NCBI GenBank assembly: GCA_977018835.1
Contig: OZ361257.1
Span: forward strand, 744,001 to 808,000
Origin: Minutocellus sp. GHC0000111
Lineage: Eukaryota
Length of the DNA stretch: 64,000 nt
Direction: 5' to 3'
Part shown: positions 34,701 through 45,757 of the stretch, piece after piece
Numbering within the stretch: the stretch's first letter is position 1
Layout of the letters: every line of letters begins with the position of its first letter
The notes under the pieces: generated by a model
The model's database searches: none
What the model saw: only the letters and a program-made list of their open reading frames with translations
Told to the model about the DNA's origin: nothing
Translations under genes and position numbers: made by a program

Positions 34701-37700
34701 TTCGACCTGACGGAGCAGACCAAGAACAAGCTTGTTTCGTGTGTCCATGACGCCGTGGGCACGGTTGATGTCAATAACACTCTCAAGAGAAGCAGCGTTG
34801 TCCTTAGCGAGCTGACGGACGACGTCGTCCTTGAGCTTGCCGTCGAAGATGGTCTCAACGCGAAGGTACTCGTTGAAGGCCTCAACGACGGTGGCAGAGG
34901 CAGAAGCAAGGTCGGAGGCGTCAGCGAAGGCGGCCTGGGCAGCGGCCTCGGCATCACCCTTGTATCCAGCGAGGATGTTGTCAACGGCGGCCTTACCATC
35001 GGTCTCAATCTCGGCAGCGGTAACGTCAAGAGCGCCCTCGAAGTTGAGGATCTTCTTCACCTTGGAGGGGTCCTTGAGCTCGAGAGAGGCAAGGAGGTCG
35101 CCGGCGGAAATGACGGTACCGGGGGAGAGAGCATGAGTGATCTTACCAGACTCGGAAGCCTTGATGGGCATGATCATCTTCATGGCCTCAACCTCGACGT
35201 AGGGAGTACCCTCCTCAACATCGGCGCCGTTGTCCTGGAGGTAGCGGACGACCTTACCAGTGACATCGGTACGGAGCTCAGAAGGATCAAAGATGGTAGG
35301 CCTGAGTTGGAATGAGAAAGTTGAGAATAGTGATATGTGTTAGGTCCAAAGAAAAGATAGAGATGAATGGATATGGTGGAAATTTATCGGGCAAGAGCAA
35401 GGCAGCAAGCAAGCAAGATGTAATCATATGTGGCACTTACATGAGAATGGTGACACCATCGAGCGAAAGACGGAGGCCAAGGGGCTCGTCACGGCCATCG
35501 ATGCGGTGGGTCTCTCCTCCGAACTCGGCAACGAGTCCACCCTCGGCGGTGACAGTGACGGGAACGTCAATGGAGTTGCCGTTGACGGTGAAGAGGTAGA
35601 CATCGGGGGAGGTAAGCTCAACGTGGAAGGGGTACTTGGTGTCCTTGTAGGCAATCTCCAAGTTGAAGGAGGTGATGCCTGCGATACCAGCGGTCGAAAC
35701 CTGACCCTTCTCGAGAGACTCGACAACAGCGGCGGTCTCGGTCATGATGTGCTCCCGGGCCTTGAGGATGGCGGCACCCAGAACAACGTCGTGGGCGGGC
35801 TTCTCAACGTACACGCTCTTCTCCTTGATCAGACCGTCCAGCCACGAGGTATCGATGGTGTTCTCCTTGAACTCCTGGGTCTCCAAAAGCTGAACGAGGT
35901 ACTCGACGGTCGTGCGGATCTCACCACGGACCTCGATCTCCTTCAGGGCCAGCACGAGCGACTTGCGAGCAGCCTCCCGGGTGGGTCCCGTGGCGAACAG
36001 ATGGCCGAACTGCGAATCGGCAAACTCGTGGATGCCACCGTTGGCACCGACGCTGAAGTATCCCCAAACGTCCGAGGTCGACTGGAACTTGATGCGCTCG
36101 ATGGAGCCCGAGGTGGGCTTGAAGCCCTCGTCGGGATTCTCGGCGGTGATACGGGCGGCGATGACGTGGGAGTCAATGTCCTTGTACTCGTCGACGAGGA
36201 AGTCGATGGGGTCGGTGCCGTAGATGTCCTCCTTGCCGTACAGCTTGCGGACGGCGGGGATGTTGTACAGGGGGATGCCCATGGCCACCTGGAGCTGGGT
36301 GGAGGGGAGGTTGGTACCGGTGATGCCCTCGGTGACGGGGTGCTCGACCTGCAGACGGGGGTTGAGCTCGAGGAAGAAGTAGTTGCCGGTGTCGGCGTTG
36401 AAGAGGTACTCGACGGTACCGGCTCCGACGTATCCGATGGACTGGGTGAGGCGCTGGGCGGCGCGTTCCATCTGGCGGAAGGTTTCGGGGGGAACAATGA
36501 CGGGAGGGCCCTCCTCGAAGATCTTCTGGAACCGACGCTGGGTGGAGCAATCACGTCCGTTGAGAGCGACGGCGTTGCCGTGCTCGTCACCGACGATCTG
36601 GACCTCGATGTGACGGGCGTTCTTACAGAGCTGCATGAGGAAGATGGGCGAGCCGACGACCTCGTTGGAGACCTGAACGTAGGCGTTCTTGAGGTCCTCC
36701 TCGTTGTCGACGAAGCGGATGCCCTTACCGCCACCGCCCTCGGAGGCCTTGATCATGATGCCGTTCTCGTAGCCGATGTACTTGGCGGCCTCGACGGCCT
36801 CCTCGACGGAGCGGCAGGTGGCCTTCTCGAAGATCTCGTCGGGGATGGTGCCCTCGTCGTTGAGCTCGGCCTGGAGGGGACCGTCCTCGGGTCCGCCGTA
36901 AGAGCCACTCCAGGGGATGGAGGAAACGTCGGCGGTCTGGGCGAGGATGTTGGCGGCAATCTTGTCGCCGAGGACGCTCATGACGGGTCCGGGTGGGCCG
37001 ATGAACTTGATGCCCATGGCCTTGAGGGTGTTGGGGAGCTTGGGATTCTCCGAGGCGTGCCCCCAGCCGGGCCAGACGGCGTCGACGCCGTTCTCCTGGG
37101 CGACCTTGGTGATGACGTCGACGTTGGCGTAGTTGTTGAGGTTCTTGCCGGCGGGGACCTCCACGAAGGTGTCGCCCAGCCGCACGAACTCGGCGTTGGC
37201 CTTGAGGTCCTCGGCGGTGGCCATGGCGACGAACTTGATGGCGTTCTCGTCGCCGAGCTCCATGTAGGCCCACTGCCGCATCGACAGGATGGCCTTGGTG
37301 GCGGCCATGCCGTTGTTGGCGATGAGGACCTTCTTGATGGGGAGGTTGCCGCCGCGGGCCTTGACGTAGTCCTCGAGGGCGGTGCCGGTGCCGGTGGCCT
37401 CGGCCTCGACGGTCGACATGGACAGCTCGGTCGAAGAGGCGTCATGCGCGACGGAGGGGCCGCCGAACAGAGCGCTGCGGGCGGCCTGGTTGCTAACGAA
37501 CGCCGAGGGGGCTGCGGTTGGTATAATAGGAGGAGAATTAGAAATGGGTGAGATGACGATCGACGCAATTCAATTGAATTCATTCATGTTTGGATCAAGT
37601 TGAAGCAAACTGAAAAATGAGATCCCCACGCAATTGCATATTGCATATTGCATTGTCGGCCGGCACACATTTTCCCACCATCACCGACAGCTGCGGCAGG

Positions 37701-38110
37701 CTATCAAGCTTGATGTTATTGTGTGAATTTTGTGTGACTTTTTGTGGTTCCAACGTCCCTCGTGCGGCATTTCACCGTCGGTTGCAAGATTTGCGGTAAT
37801 GCAGTTTCCAGATGTCAACACGCAAGATCTCAATTGCACCCGAGCAATTTCACCGGCACAAACGCAAACGAATGGCACAAGATGTGCCGCAAATGCAAAG
37901 AGGACCATCTGATGTGATAATAATATGTGTTGATATTGATTTGACACTCCCTTGTAGGCCGAGTCGCAATTGCGTTCCGATGCCGATGGGGCATGGGTCT
38001 GTGCCGTCTGCTGCGTGCAACGTCGGGAACTTACCGTTCGGGGTGAATGCGGTAACCGCCACAGCCGCCGCGAGGCAGGCGGCCGCGATGGCGTAACCAC
38101 GCTTCAGCAT
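31727..38110 (-). CDS. ACC: Plastid-type homomeric acetyl-CoA carboxylase, copy A; exons 38110-38035, 37511-35441, 35301-31727; frameshift near 33685 and ~500-bp deletion near 32478 as written
   Basis: Leader MLKRGYAIAAACLAAAVAVTAFTPN|APSAFVS; BC motifs (KVLIANNG, WPGWGHASEN, KASEGGGGKG, FLELNPRLQVEHP); biotin site EAMKM; CT motifs (GVENLQGSG, GELRGGSWVV); GT-AG introns 38034-37512 and 35440-35302. Confidence 0.95.
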
Positions 38111-38777
38111 GGTCCTTGCTGGGTCTTCTTTCCTTGGTGGAGGCCGGAACCTAAGAGAAAAAGCACGAGAGTTCGTCCCTCTCGTCTTTTCCCCCTTGCT
38201 TCGCTACCTTGATGGGAAGATTTGTAAAGGGTGCGACAACACGCACACCGCGAGGGAGGAGCCGCGCGAGCAACGGGCCGATGACGTCTGTTCAAAATCG
38301 AGGTCAACAAAAAAAAGCGAGAGGCCAGGAACGCCGGAGAAGTTTCCAATCAAAATCAAGGGCAACCCGGAGTAACACGTCAGTGGGGACTTGTTCGACT
38401 AAAATGGGGATGTAGTTGTGAGAGGAAAAGATCGCAAAGAAGAAGAAGAAATATATAAATATGTGCTGCACCAAAAATACATGCGCGGCCCCCGGGCGGC
38501 GGCGGCAGACAGCAGCAGCAGCGGCAGCCAGCAGCGCGGTTGCCGTCGTCTCTCGAAAAGAGTACCCTTAGGGTAAATCAGTTGAGCCAATCCCAATTAC
38601 CGGTACTAATTCCTGTATTTTAAATTGAATTCTACAATTTACGAATCATTTGAGTCATTCAAAACGCCCTGCCTGATCGGCGTTTTTGGAACTTATCATA
38701 AAATCGAAAAAGGGAAGGAACGACGCCTGTGCCTCTCCTCCTTCTCCCCTCTCCTTCTCCGCACTCCCCTCCCTTCT

Positions 38778-39968
38778 CTACCGCCGACCCTGGTCAATAT
38801 ATCTCCGATGACGATCATTTCCAGCACTGAGAGCCGCCCCTGATCTGCCCATTGTACCACTGCTCGTGCTGCTGCTGCTCCGTTCCACTCTGCCATCTGG
38901 ATAAACCACTGTCCGCTCGGTATTCGTCTCTTGAACCCCGTTGACAATGCGAGTTGTCGTGGACGTTGATACCGACTGACCGCTGCCGAAACCTCCGCCG
39001 CCACCACCAAATCCCGACAAAGATGACATGTTCAAGGATGACGAATAGGAAGAGTGGCCACCGGCACTTCCAAAACCAGCATGATGCGACATGTGTTGGT
39101 GTTGCTGGTGATGATGGCCAATAGAAGAAGCATGGGCATGAGTATTGCTGCCATGACTACCAAACGAGGAGTGGAAACTGCCCATCATGCTTCGGTGCAT
39201 AGCATCCATCCGCTGCGACATTTGCGACATTTCGTCCATCATACTTCCGCCTCCTCCCATCATTCCAATGCCGCCCATACCCATCATGCTACTCCTGCTA
39301 TTGGTGAAGAATGGATCGTCAAATGGATCTTTCCTGCTGCCGGCACTGCTTCTCGAAACTCCCGACGATGAACGATGCGCGGCCAGACCACTGTTCCTGT
39401 GACCATGACCCATGGCGCTGCTGCGCAATCCAAATTCCTCTCCAAATACTCGCTCAAATAAATCGAATGGATCCGTGAATTGCGTACGATGGGAGCTGCT
39501 AGTACCGCCTGCGCCAAACCCATTGTGCTGCTGAAAGAAGGGATGAGAAAAGGGATCGCTGCGCGCAAATTGTGGCTGTGATGCTGCTGCAGACGTTGTG
39601 GGCCGACTCCTTCTCCGTCCGCCCGCTGCCGATGCCGTGCCACCGCCTGGAGCCCCATGGTATGATGCACTACCGGTACTTGACGCTGTCCTCCTGTTGC
39701 TACTTGCAGCACCCCTTCTCGTTGAGCCCACCCGTGCCTTCTCCTGCTGCAATCGATCGTACTCGGCACGCCTAGCGTCATCGCTCAAAATCTCATACGC
39801 AGCACTGATGATTTTGAACATGGACTCATCTCCGCCCTTGTCAGGGTGGTGCTTCAATGCCAGCTTCCGGTATGACTTTTTGATTTCGGCGAGGGCCGCA
39901 TTGCGAGGGACCGATAAAACGGCATATGGGCAGCATTCGTCCGTTGCTGTTGATGAGGAGGAGTCCAT
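38778..39968 (-). CDS. DnaJ (Hsp40) domain protein, DNAJB6-like, with G/F/S/M-rich region
   Basis: PYAVLSV...[18 protein letters not shown]...[41 protein letters not shown]. Confidence 0.9.
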   Translation of the reverse strand: MDSSSSTATDECCPYAVLSVPRNAALAEIKKSYRKLALKHHPDKGGDESMFKIISAAYEILSDDARRAEYDRLQQEKARVGSTRRGAASSNRRTASSTGSASYHGAPGGGTASAAGGRRRSRPTTSAAASQPQFARSDPFSHPFFQQHNGFGAGGTSSSHRTQFTDPFDLFERVFGEEFGLRSSAMGHGHRNSGLAAHRSSSGVSRSSAGSRKDPFDDPFFTNSRSSMMGMGGIGMMGGGGSMMDEMSQMSQRMDAMHRSMMGSFHSSFGSHGSNTHAHASSIGHHHQQHQHMSHHAGFGSAGGHSSYSSSLNMSSLSGFGGGGGGFGSGQSVSTSTTTRIVNGVQETNTERTVVYPDGRVERSSSSTSSGTMGRSGAALSAGNDRHRRYIDQGRR

Positions 39969-40247
39969 CTAAGCATAAATCTCTTCCACGAAGGTGACGG
40001 TTTGAGTTTTGTGTCGGTTTTACGCTTGGGAAAATAAAAAACATTGTTGTCTGGCCGTCTCCTCGCCAATGCCGGTGGCGATAATGCAATCACATAAAAT
40101 CAACCGAACCGTTCCACTTCCTTTCTGGTCGGTCGTGTCGGTCCCACCCAGTTGCTGCTTCCGCTCTGTGATCTCTCTTGAGCCGAGCCAACCTCCTCAC
40201 GGAGAAGCATAAATATCATATCCTTAGATAAATAAATAATACACGCC

Positions 40248-40958
40248 ATGCCACCTGAACTCTCCAAGGGAACGTCCACAGCCTCGTCCTCTGTCTCGCT
40301 CGTCATCCCGTCGTCCAAATACGAGCAGGACGGACCGGAGGCACGGGAGATTGCCAAGCACATGCCGTACTTCCCCTTCAAGGGCATTCCTCGTTTCTAT
40401 GACATTGGTGGATTCCTGGCCAAGCCGGACGTATTCCAGCAGATTGTGGACATCTTCGCGCATCGGTACAATGAGATTGGAATCGACGTCATTGCTGGAC
40501 TCGATGCGCGCGGTTTCATCCTCGGCCCTCCCATTGCGCTTGCCCTCAAGAAGCCCTTCATTATGATGCGGAAGAAGGGGAAGATGCCCAACTCGGTCCA
40601 GAGCGAGGCGTACCAGACCGAGTACGGAGGTCGGGAGGGCATGACCGTCCAGCGCGACAAGATCAAGAAGGGCGATCGGGTCCTGGTCATTGACGATTTG
40701 GTTGCTACGGGTGGAACGTTGAGCAGTGCCATTTCTCTGGTCCATATGCTGGGTGGTAACGTGGTGGAATGCGCATGCGTGGTAGAGCTCAAGATGTTCA
40801 TCGATCCCCCAGCGGACAGCGGACTTCCCAGTCGCAAGAAGTTATTCGAGTCCCAAAATATTGGCCACGTGCCTGTGTGGGGTCTTGTTTCGGAGGATGT
40901 TTTGACCAATGAGGCAGAATTGCCCGAGAACTATGTCGATGACGGCGAGGAGCATTGA
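40248..40958 (+). CDS. APRT: Adenine phosphoribosyltransferase
   Basis: FPFKGIPRFYDI, AGLDARGFILG, MRKKGKMP, RVLVIDDLVATGGT (PRPP-binding loop). Confidence 0.95.
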   Translation: MPPELSKGTSTASSSVSLVIPSSKYEQDGPEAREIAKHMPYFPFKGIPRFYDIGGFLAKPDVFQQIVDIFAHRYNEIGIDVIAGLDARGFILGPPIALALKKPFIMMRKKGKMPNSVQSEAYQTEYGGREGMTVQRDKIKKGDRVLVIDDLVATGGTLSSAISLVHMLGGNVVECACVVELKMFIDPPADSGLPSRKKLFESQNIGHVPVWGLVSEDVLTNEAELPENYVDDGEEH

Positions 40959-41470
40959 TGAACTACATAAGGTAAAATTGCATTTTCGCATGTCATGTGG
41001 AATTGGTTTTTTGTTTAGCAGTCATCTTTTTTGTGGTCGTCACGACGACGACGCAAACGACAACAGTCTTCGTGAGCATCGAAGCAACACCGACCATATA
41101 GAGAGACTCCTATGTAGGAACTCCTACTTTGGACCTGGTTGCAGATGATGATCTACCGGCACGGTGCCTACGGTAGCTGCTGTGTCGAGGTCGCAAGCCG
41201 AAGTTAGAGTGTCTCCCCCCTATTCTCATATTGTTCTGGGGCGGTCCCGAAATCAATTACGCCATCGGAGCCAGCAATAATATCATCATCAGCAGTTCGC
41301 TTTCATACCTTTCGCCCATTGGAACCCCGATCGTTACCCGCTTCTCCTCTTATTGTTTTATTCTGTACACTTTATAGTCACAAGCAGATTTGGCGCGAAA
41401 CATCTGGGTGATAGACACATCGTGCTCAAAAAGATACACGTTCTGCGTAAAAGTATCTTCGAGATCAGTA

Positions 41471-42783
41471 ATGGAGATCGAACAGATTGTAGGAGTGATG
41501 ACGGGTCCTCGGCCGTGTGAAAGTGCCATACCAAGTGATCTGGGCACCGATGCAAAGGGAACTGCGCCCAAAAAGGTGTCACCCAAAAAGAAAAGAAAGA
41601 AGATTAGTACAGCTGATGAATCGGATACTTGCAGTAGCAGTGGCGACGATGAGTATAGATATACCGGCGCCGAAGTCGGAGCTAACCCCAAGTCAGATAG
41701 GTCTATTCGTCCTCAGAAGGAGGCCAAATCGTACATTAACGACGAGTCCGATATCGACGAGTCCGATATTGATGACACTGCACCGTCTAAAGACAATAAG
41801 CATGCCGAGATTGAAGATTCGAAACCACAACAGCGTTTTGGACATGGAGGCGAGGGCATATTGTGTGACGTTTGCTTTCTAGCCGAGGGTGGTACTTCAT
41901 TTGTCAAATGTCGCGAATGCAACCTCGTCGTGCATGGCGAATGTTACTTTGCCGATGGAGACATGCCAATTGACGAGGAGGGTATGTTTTCATGCGATGC
42001 GTGTAGGGCTCTCACTGGAGCAAAGAAAACGAAAGGATTTGCCGGCAAGAGAAAAAAGAACACACGAAAAGATCTTTCATCGACTCCAAGTCCAGGCCCA
42101 CTTTCAAAGTATATTGAAGCAAAATCCGATGGTCGAAATTACATTCCGCCTACTGGAGATAGTAATGGTAACAATGTTGAATCGGTGGATGTGTTCTGCC
42201 AGCTTTGTGCTCGGAGGGATGTCCGTGGGGGCATGAAGGAGACTGATGCGCCTGGGCGCTGGGTGCACCTGGCATGCATGATGACGGGCAAAGAAGCATA
42301 TAATGATGCCAAGGGGAAAGTAGCGGGTATACATAAGTTCCTAAGCCGCACGAAGCAGGAGATAGAAGACTTTGAACGCGATGTTGGCAACAAGGCGATT
42401 TGTGAGGGGTGCTTTCGAAGCAACGCTGTGCTTCTGCGTTGCGCCGAGGCCGATTGCCATATGCATTTCCACCCTCTCTGTGCCGAAATTACAAATAGAT
42501 CGCGCGTCGTCACTGCAGTCGACAGTGGAGATACCATTCAATTCAAGTGCGCGATTCATAGTCAAGGCGGACAACATGGCAGTGCACATTGTTGCGTGAT
42601 TTGTGGGATCGGTAATAAATGGAGTGATATGATTGGTTGTGAGGGGTGCGCTAGATGGTACCACCTCTTTTGCCTTGTTCCGCAGCTAGAGCAAGTCCCG
42701 ATGGAGATTGGTTTTGCAGTGATTGTCATGAGATCGGCAGACGTATGTTGAGTGGGCGGACAGTAGTAGAAGCTGGAGATTAA
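41471..42783 (+). CDS. PHD-finger chromatin protein (PHD + extended PHD + PHD); 1-nt frameshift near 42699
   Basis: CDVC...CRECNLVVHGECY...CDAC; CQLC...WVHLAC...CEGC...CAEADCHMHFHPLCA...CAIH; CVIC...MIGCEGCARWYHLFCL; final DGDWFCSDC lies in another frame from 42700 to TAA 42781-42783. Start uncertain. Confidence 0.85.
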
Positions 42784-42811
42784 TGCACGGTATGTAAGGT
42801 CTCTTTATTTG

Positions 42812-43237
42812 TTATCCCTCGACCTCCTCATCAAATGCACCTTCTGTGGTTGCTGGTAGCGGAGGGATGTGCTTGTTCAGGAGCTCTTCGAGCTTCGGAG
42901 CGTTGGCATCTTCTACCTTTGTAATCAGTTTTCCATCTCGCACCAAGGCAAACATAGGACGGCAACCTTTCTTGGAGAGTTCCTTGCTCTTGCCGATAAC
43001 GTTGTCGAATTCCAGCTTAATCACATCCAGGGTAAGAATAGCAATCCGCTCTGAGCAATTCTCAATTTCGTATTTCTTTCCAACCTCCTGGAGTGCGTTG
43101 ATCATAGTCTGGCAGTTACCGGTCCACGAAAGGTGTAGATCAAATACACAAAGCATCTTTGTACTCTTATCCTCGATCCATTCCGCTAGCTCTTCCTCCG
43201 TGGCAATGGTGGCAAAGGTTGGTTTGAGGTTTGGCAT
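42812..43237 (-). CDS. Thioredoxin-fold protein resembling NME8/NME9 or dynein light-chain thioredoxins; atypical active site WTGNC
   Basis: LCVFDLHLSWTGNCQTM, GCRPMFALVRDGKLITKVEDANAPKL. Confidence 0.6.
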   Translation of the reverse strand: MPNLKPTFATIATEEELAEWIEDKSTKMLCVFDLHLSWTGNCQTMINALQEVGKKYEIENCSERIAILTLDVIKLEFDNVIGKSKELSKKGCRPMFALVRDGKLITKVEDANAPKLEELLNKHIPPLPATTEGAFDEEVEG

Positions 43238-43560
43238 TACTGTGTACAGTATTATTTATGGCGGAAGCGCAAAGAGTGCTCGAGAGGGGAGAGAGGGGAT
43301 TTGGCTAAGCGAGCTGCTACTGAGCTCTCTCGCTACGATCGTACGTAGAGAGTGATGGAATGAAGCGGCTGACCTGACGCTGATGAGTATTTGCCGCCGT
43401 TGATACGAGATCTGTCTAGCTAGTAACACCTCTATCTTCTTCTTATAGGGTTTATATTTCATATAAAGACATGCAGTTTCTTCGGTTCTTTCTTTGTTGT
43501 TTGTTGTGATAACATCAGGGCATTTGCCAGTGTTCTTGGCCGTGAAAAATTATACATGTA

Positions 43561-44121
43561 TTACTGAGGAGCCTCAAAGCTCTCCTTGTGAATGTCCTTG
43601 TTCACGCACATGGTGCCGGCAGCAGTTTCCTCGGCGGTATGCTTCTCAACCTTCTCCCGCACCTGGCCCTCGCCTGCCGCTGAACCCTTTTTGGCCGATT
43701 CCATCTTATCGCCGACCGTCTGGATCAGTCCTTCGACCGCGTGCTCGGCCTTGACCAGCATTTCCTTTGGTTTGATTTGAGGCAGCTGGGGCAAGTGCAC
43801 CTGTGGAGTGGGTTGGTGGTCGCTTCTGCCGTGGTGGATGCCATCATTATTGAAGGCGTCGACCCCATGATCGAATTCGTTGACGGCCTCCAAATAGGAA
43901 ATGGTCTCCTCGGCCTTTTGGTTCTCAGCTGTAGACAGTGCTGGAGCCGATGCTGGTGAATTCTTCTTTGCTTTTGGTGGAAATACCTTGTTGCCAGGAC
44001 CATGGATACCGTCGCCGCTGAAGGCATCGACGCCATGGTCGAATTCATTCATGGCTTCCAAAGCCGCAATCGTCTCGTCCGTCTTCTCTGCGACGGGTTC
44101 GGGTCCTGTTGTTGTGCTCAT
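43561..44121 (-). CDS. Hypothetical hydrophilic protein with two copies of a ~28-aa motif
   Basis: ETIAALEAMNEFDHGVDAFSGDGIH and ETISYLEAVNEFDHGVDAFNNDGIH; start MSTTTGPEP at 44121. Confidence 0.65.
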   Translation of the reverse strand: MSTTTGPEPVAEKTDETIAALEAMNEFDHGVDAFSGDGIHGPGNKVFPPKAKKNSPASAPALSTAENQKAEETISYLEAVNEFDHGVDAFNNDGIHHGRSDHQPTPQVHLPQLPQIKPKEMLVKAEHAVEGLIQTVGDKMESAKKGSAAGEGQVREKVEKHTAEETAAGTMCVNKDIHKESFEAPQ

Positions 44122-44528
44122 CGTTGGTTGGTTCTGCTCGCTCGTTCGATGGTCTGAAAAACTTCTTGACTTGCGATGTTTGTGGCTCTTTGATTTCGTG
44201 CTTTCTTGTATTATGCACGTGAGAGAATTATTATTCGCAGCCAATAGTGTTCTTTAGCTTATGCGCGTTGATTATTCGCAACAACAGATTCATTCGGTTG
44301 TAGATCTAGCTTTGATCATGGTTCTTTTCCACCTCGCCACTTGCACCCCGCTTTGGTGACACCTCTGGCTTCTTGATAGTACGTACACACGTACAGTAGT
44401 TAGTACCGAATTAGCAGGACTCAACCTGCAATAACGGTGAAAAAGCACACGTGGCGGGCCGAGCGACCCAAGCGGATACCCATTTTACTTCGATACTGCC
44501 GTTCCCCTCACCACGTACTGCGGCGACC

Positions 44529-45484
44529 ATGAACCAATCATTAGTAACAGCTCTCATCTTATTATTCGCCGGGGCCCACTCACCCGGCCCAGCGCATCTT
44601 GTCGAGGCATTCAGTCGCTCCACTCCCTCCGGCCGCCGATCGGCATTTCGCAACAGTTGCCGTGATCGTGAGCACAACCAACAGTGTTTGCACGTTGGTC
44701 GTAATAAAGATCCCTTCGCTTCAACAAATGCTAACTCATTTTCCAGCACCTACTGTAAGCACAGCTACAACGCACCATCTCACCAACCAATCACTCATAC
44801 AAAGTCACTTGCTTCAGCGAATAGAGACTTGGAAGTGACGGTGAATGGAGAAGACGATGAGGGCTACGAATCGGAAGAGCGACAAATTGCCAAACAAGGG
44901 TTTTACATTCGGAGGGGGCTGTTCAAAGACTTGCGGTGCGTGGCAGATTTGATGATGGACGCCTTTTATGACGAGAAAAGCATCATGTTCCATTATCACC
45001 GTATGCTGGAGCTCGATCGGGTGCAGAACAACTTTCCGTACGATTCCTCCAAGCATGAGTACTACGTTGCCTGTGCTCCAGATGGGAAAGTAATCGGCTT
45101 TGTAGACATTGACGCTCGACCCTCGGCGCGGAAGGATGCACCGACGAGGCCATACCTATCGGATCTGGCAGTGAGCAGTGAATGGAGACGGAAAGGGATT
45201 GCATCGAGGCTCGTGGAGCAATGTGAGGCAAGGGCGAGATCAATGGGGAAAGCAAAATGTATCTCCGAGTTGAGCAAAAGAATGATGCCGCTTTGCAAAT
45301 GTATTGCGAAAATATGGCTTATGAAAAGAGACAGCATCCCGTCTTTGGCGTCAAGGACACAACGATTCTGCTGCGCTGTGATTTGCAAGAGCGATTAAAG
45401 ATGACAACGACAGGTCAAAATGTGCCTGAGTCAGGATCCACTTGTGTTGAAAGCGAGGAAATTGTGCTCGATTATCAGGTATGA
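44529..45484 (+). CDS. GNAT-family N-acetyltransferase with signal/plastid-type leader; 1-nt frameshift near 45255
   Basis: Leader ending LVEAFS; PYLSDLAVSSEWRRKGIASRLV (motif A); continuation MYLRVEQKNDAALQMY in the shifted frame. Confidence 0.85.
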
Positions 45485-45551
45485 AGTCAACGACACACGT
45501 ACCGGCGCATGTATGTTTGTTCTTGCCCGAACGACGAGCTTCATGAACAAC

Positions 45552-45575
45552 TCTAGCTACTACGTAGTAGCTAGA
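45552..45575. repeat. Perfect 24-bp palindrome between convergent genes
   Basis: TCTAGCTACTACGTAGTAGCTAGA equals its own reverse complement. Confidence 0.95.
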
Positions 45576-45757
45576 ATTGAGACGATGTAATGTCAATTGG
45601 TTTTATTCTAATTATATGCATGTATACCTCTAATCTTTCTTCTTCAAAGTGATTTCTTCCGTATTGGAATACGTATATGAACAAATAAATATATCTAGTC
45701 TCTAAGACCCATGAAGACCAACCTCCCTTGGCTTCATCCAACCCAGCACACTGTTCT

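Noticed and set aside
32728..37551. Long plus-strand ORFs (707, 457, 338 aa) opposite ACC copy A, and minus-strand ORFs opposite copy B and RPS3
   Set aside because: Antisense shadows caused by strong codon bias; no recognisable motifs.
42695..45260. Programmed ribosomal frameshifting in the PHD and GNAT genes
   Set aside because: No slippery heptamer; both are single-base losses in short homopolymers, better explained by mutation or sequencing error.
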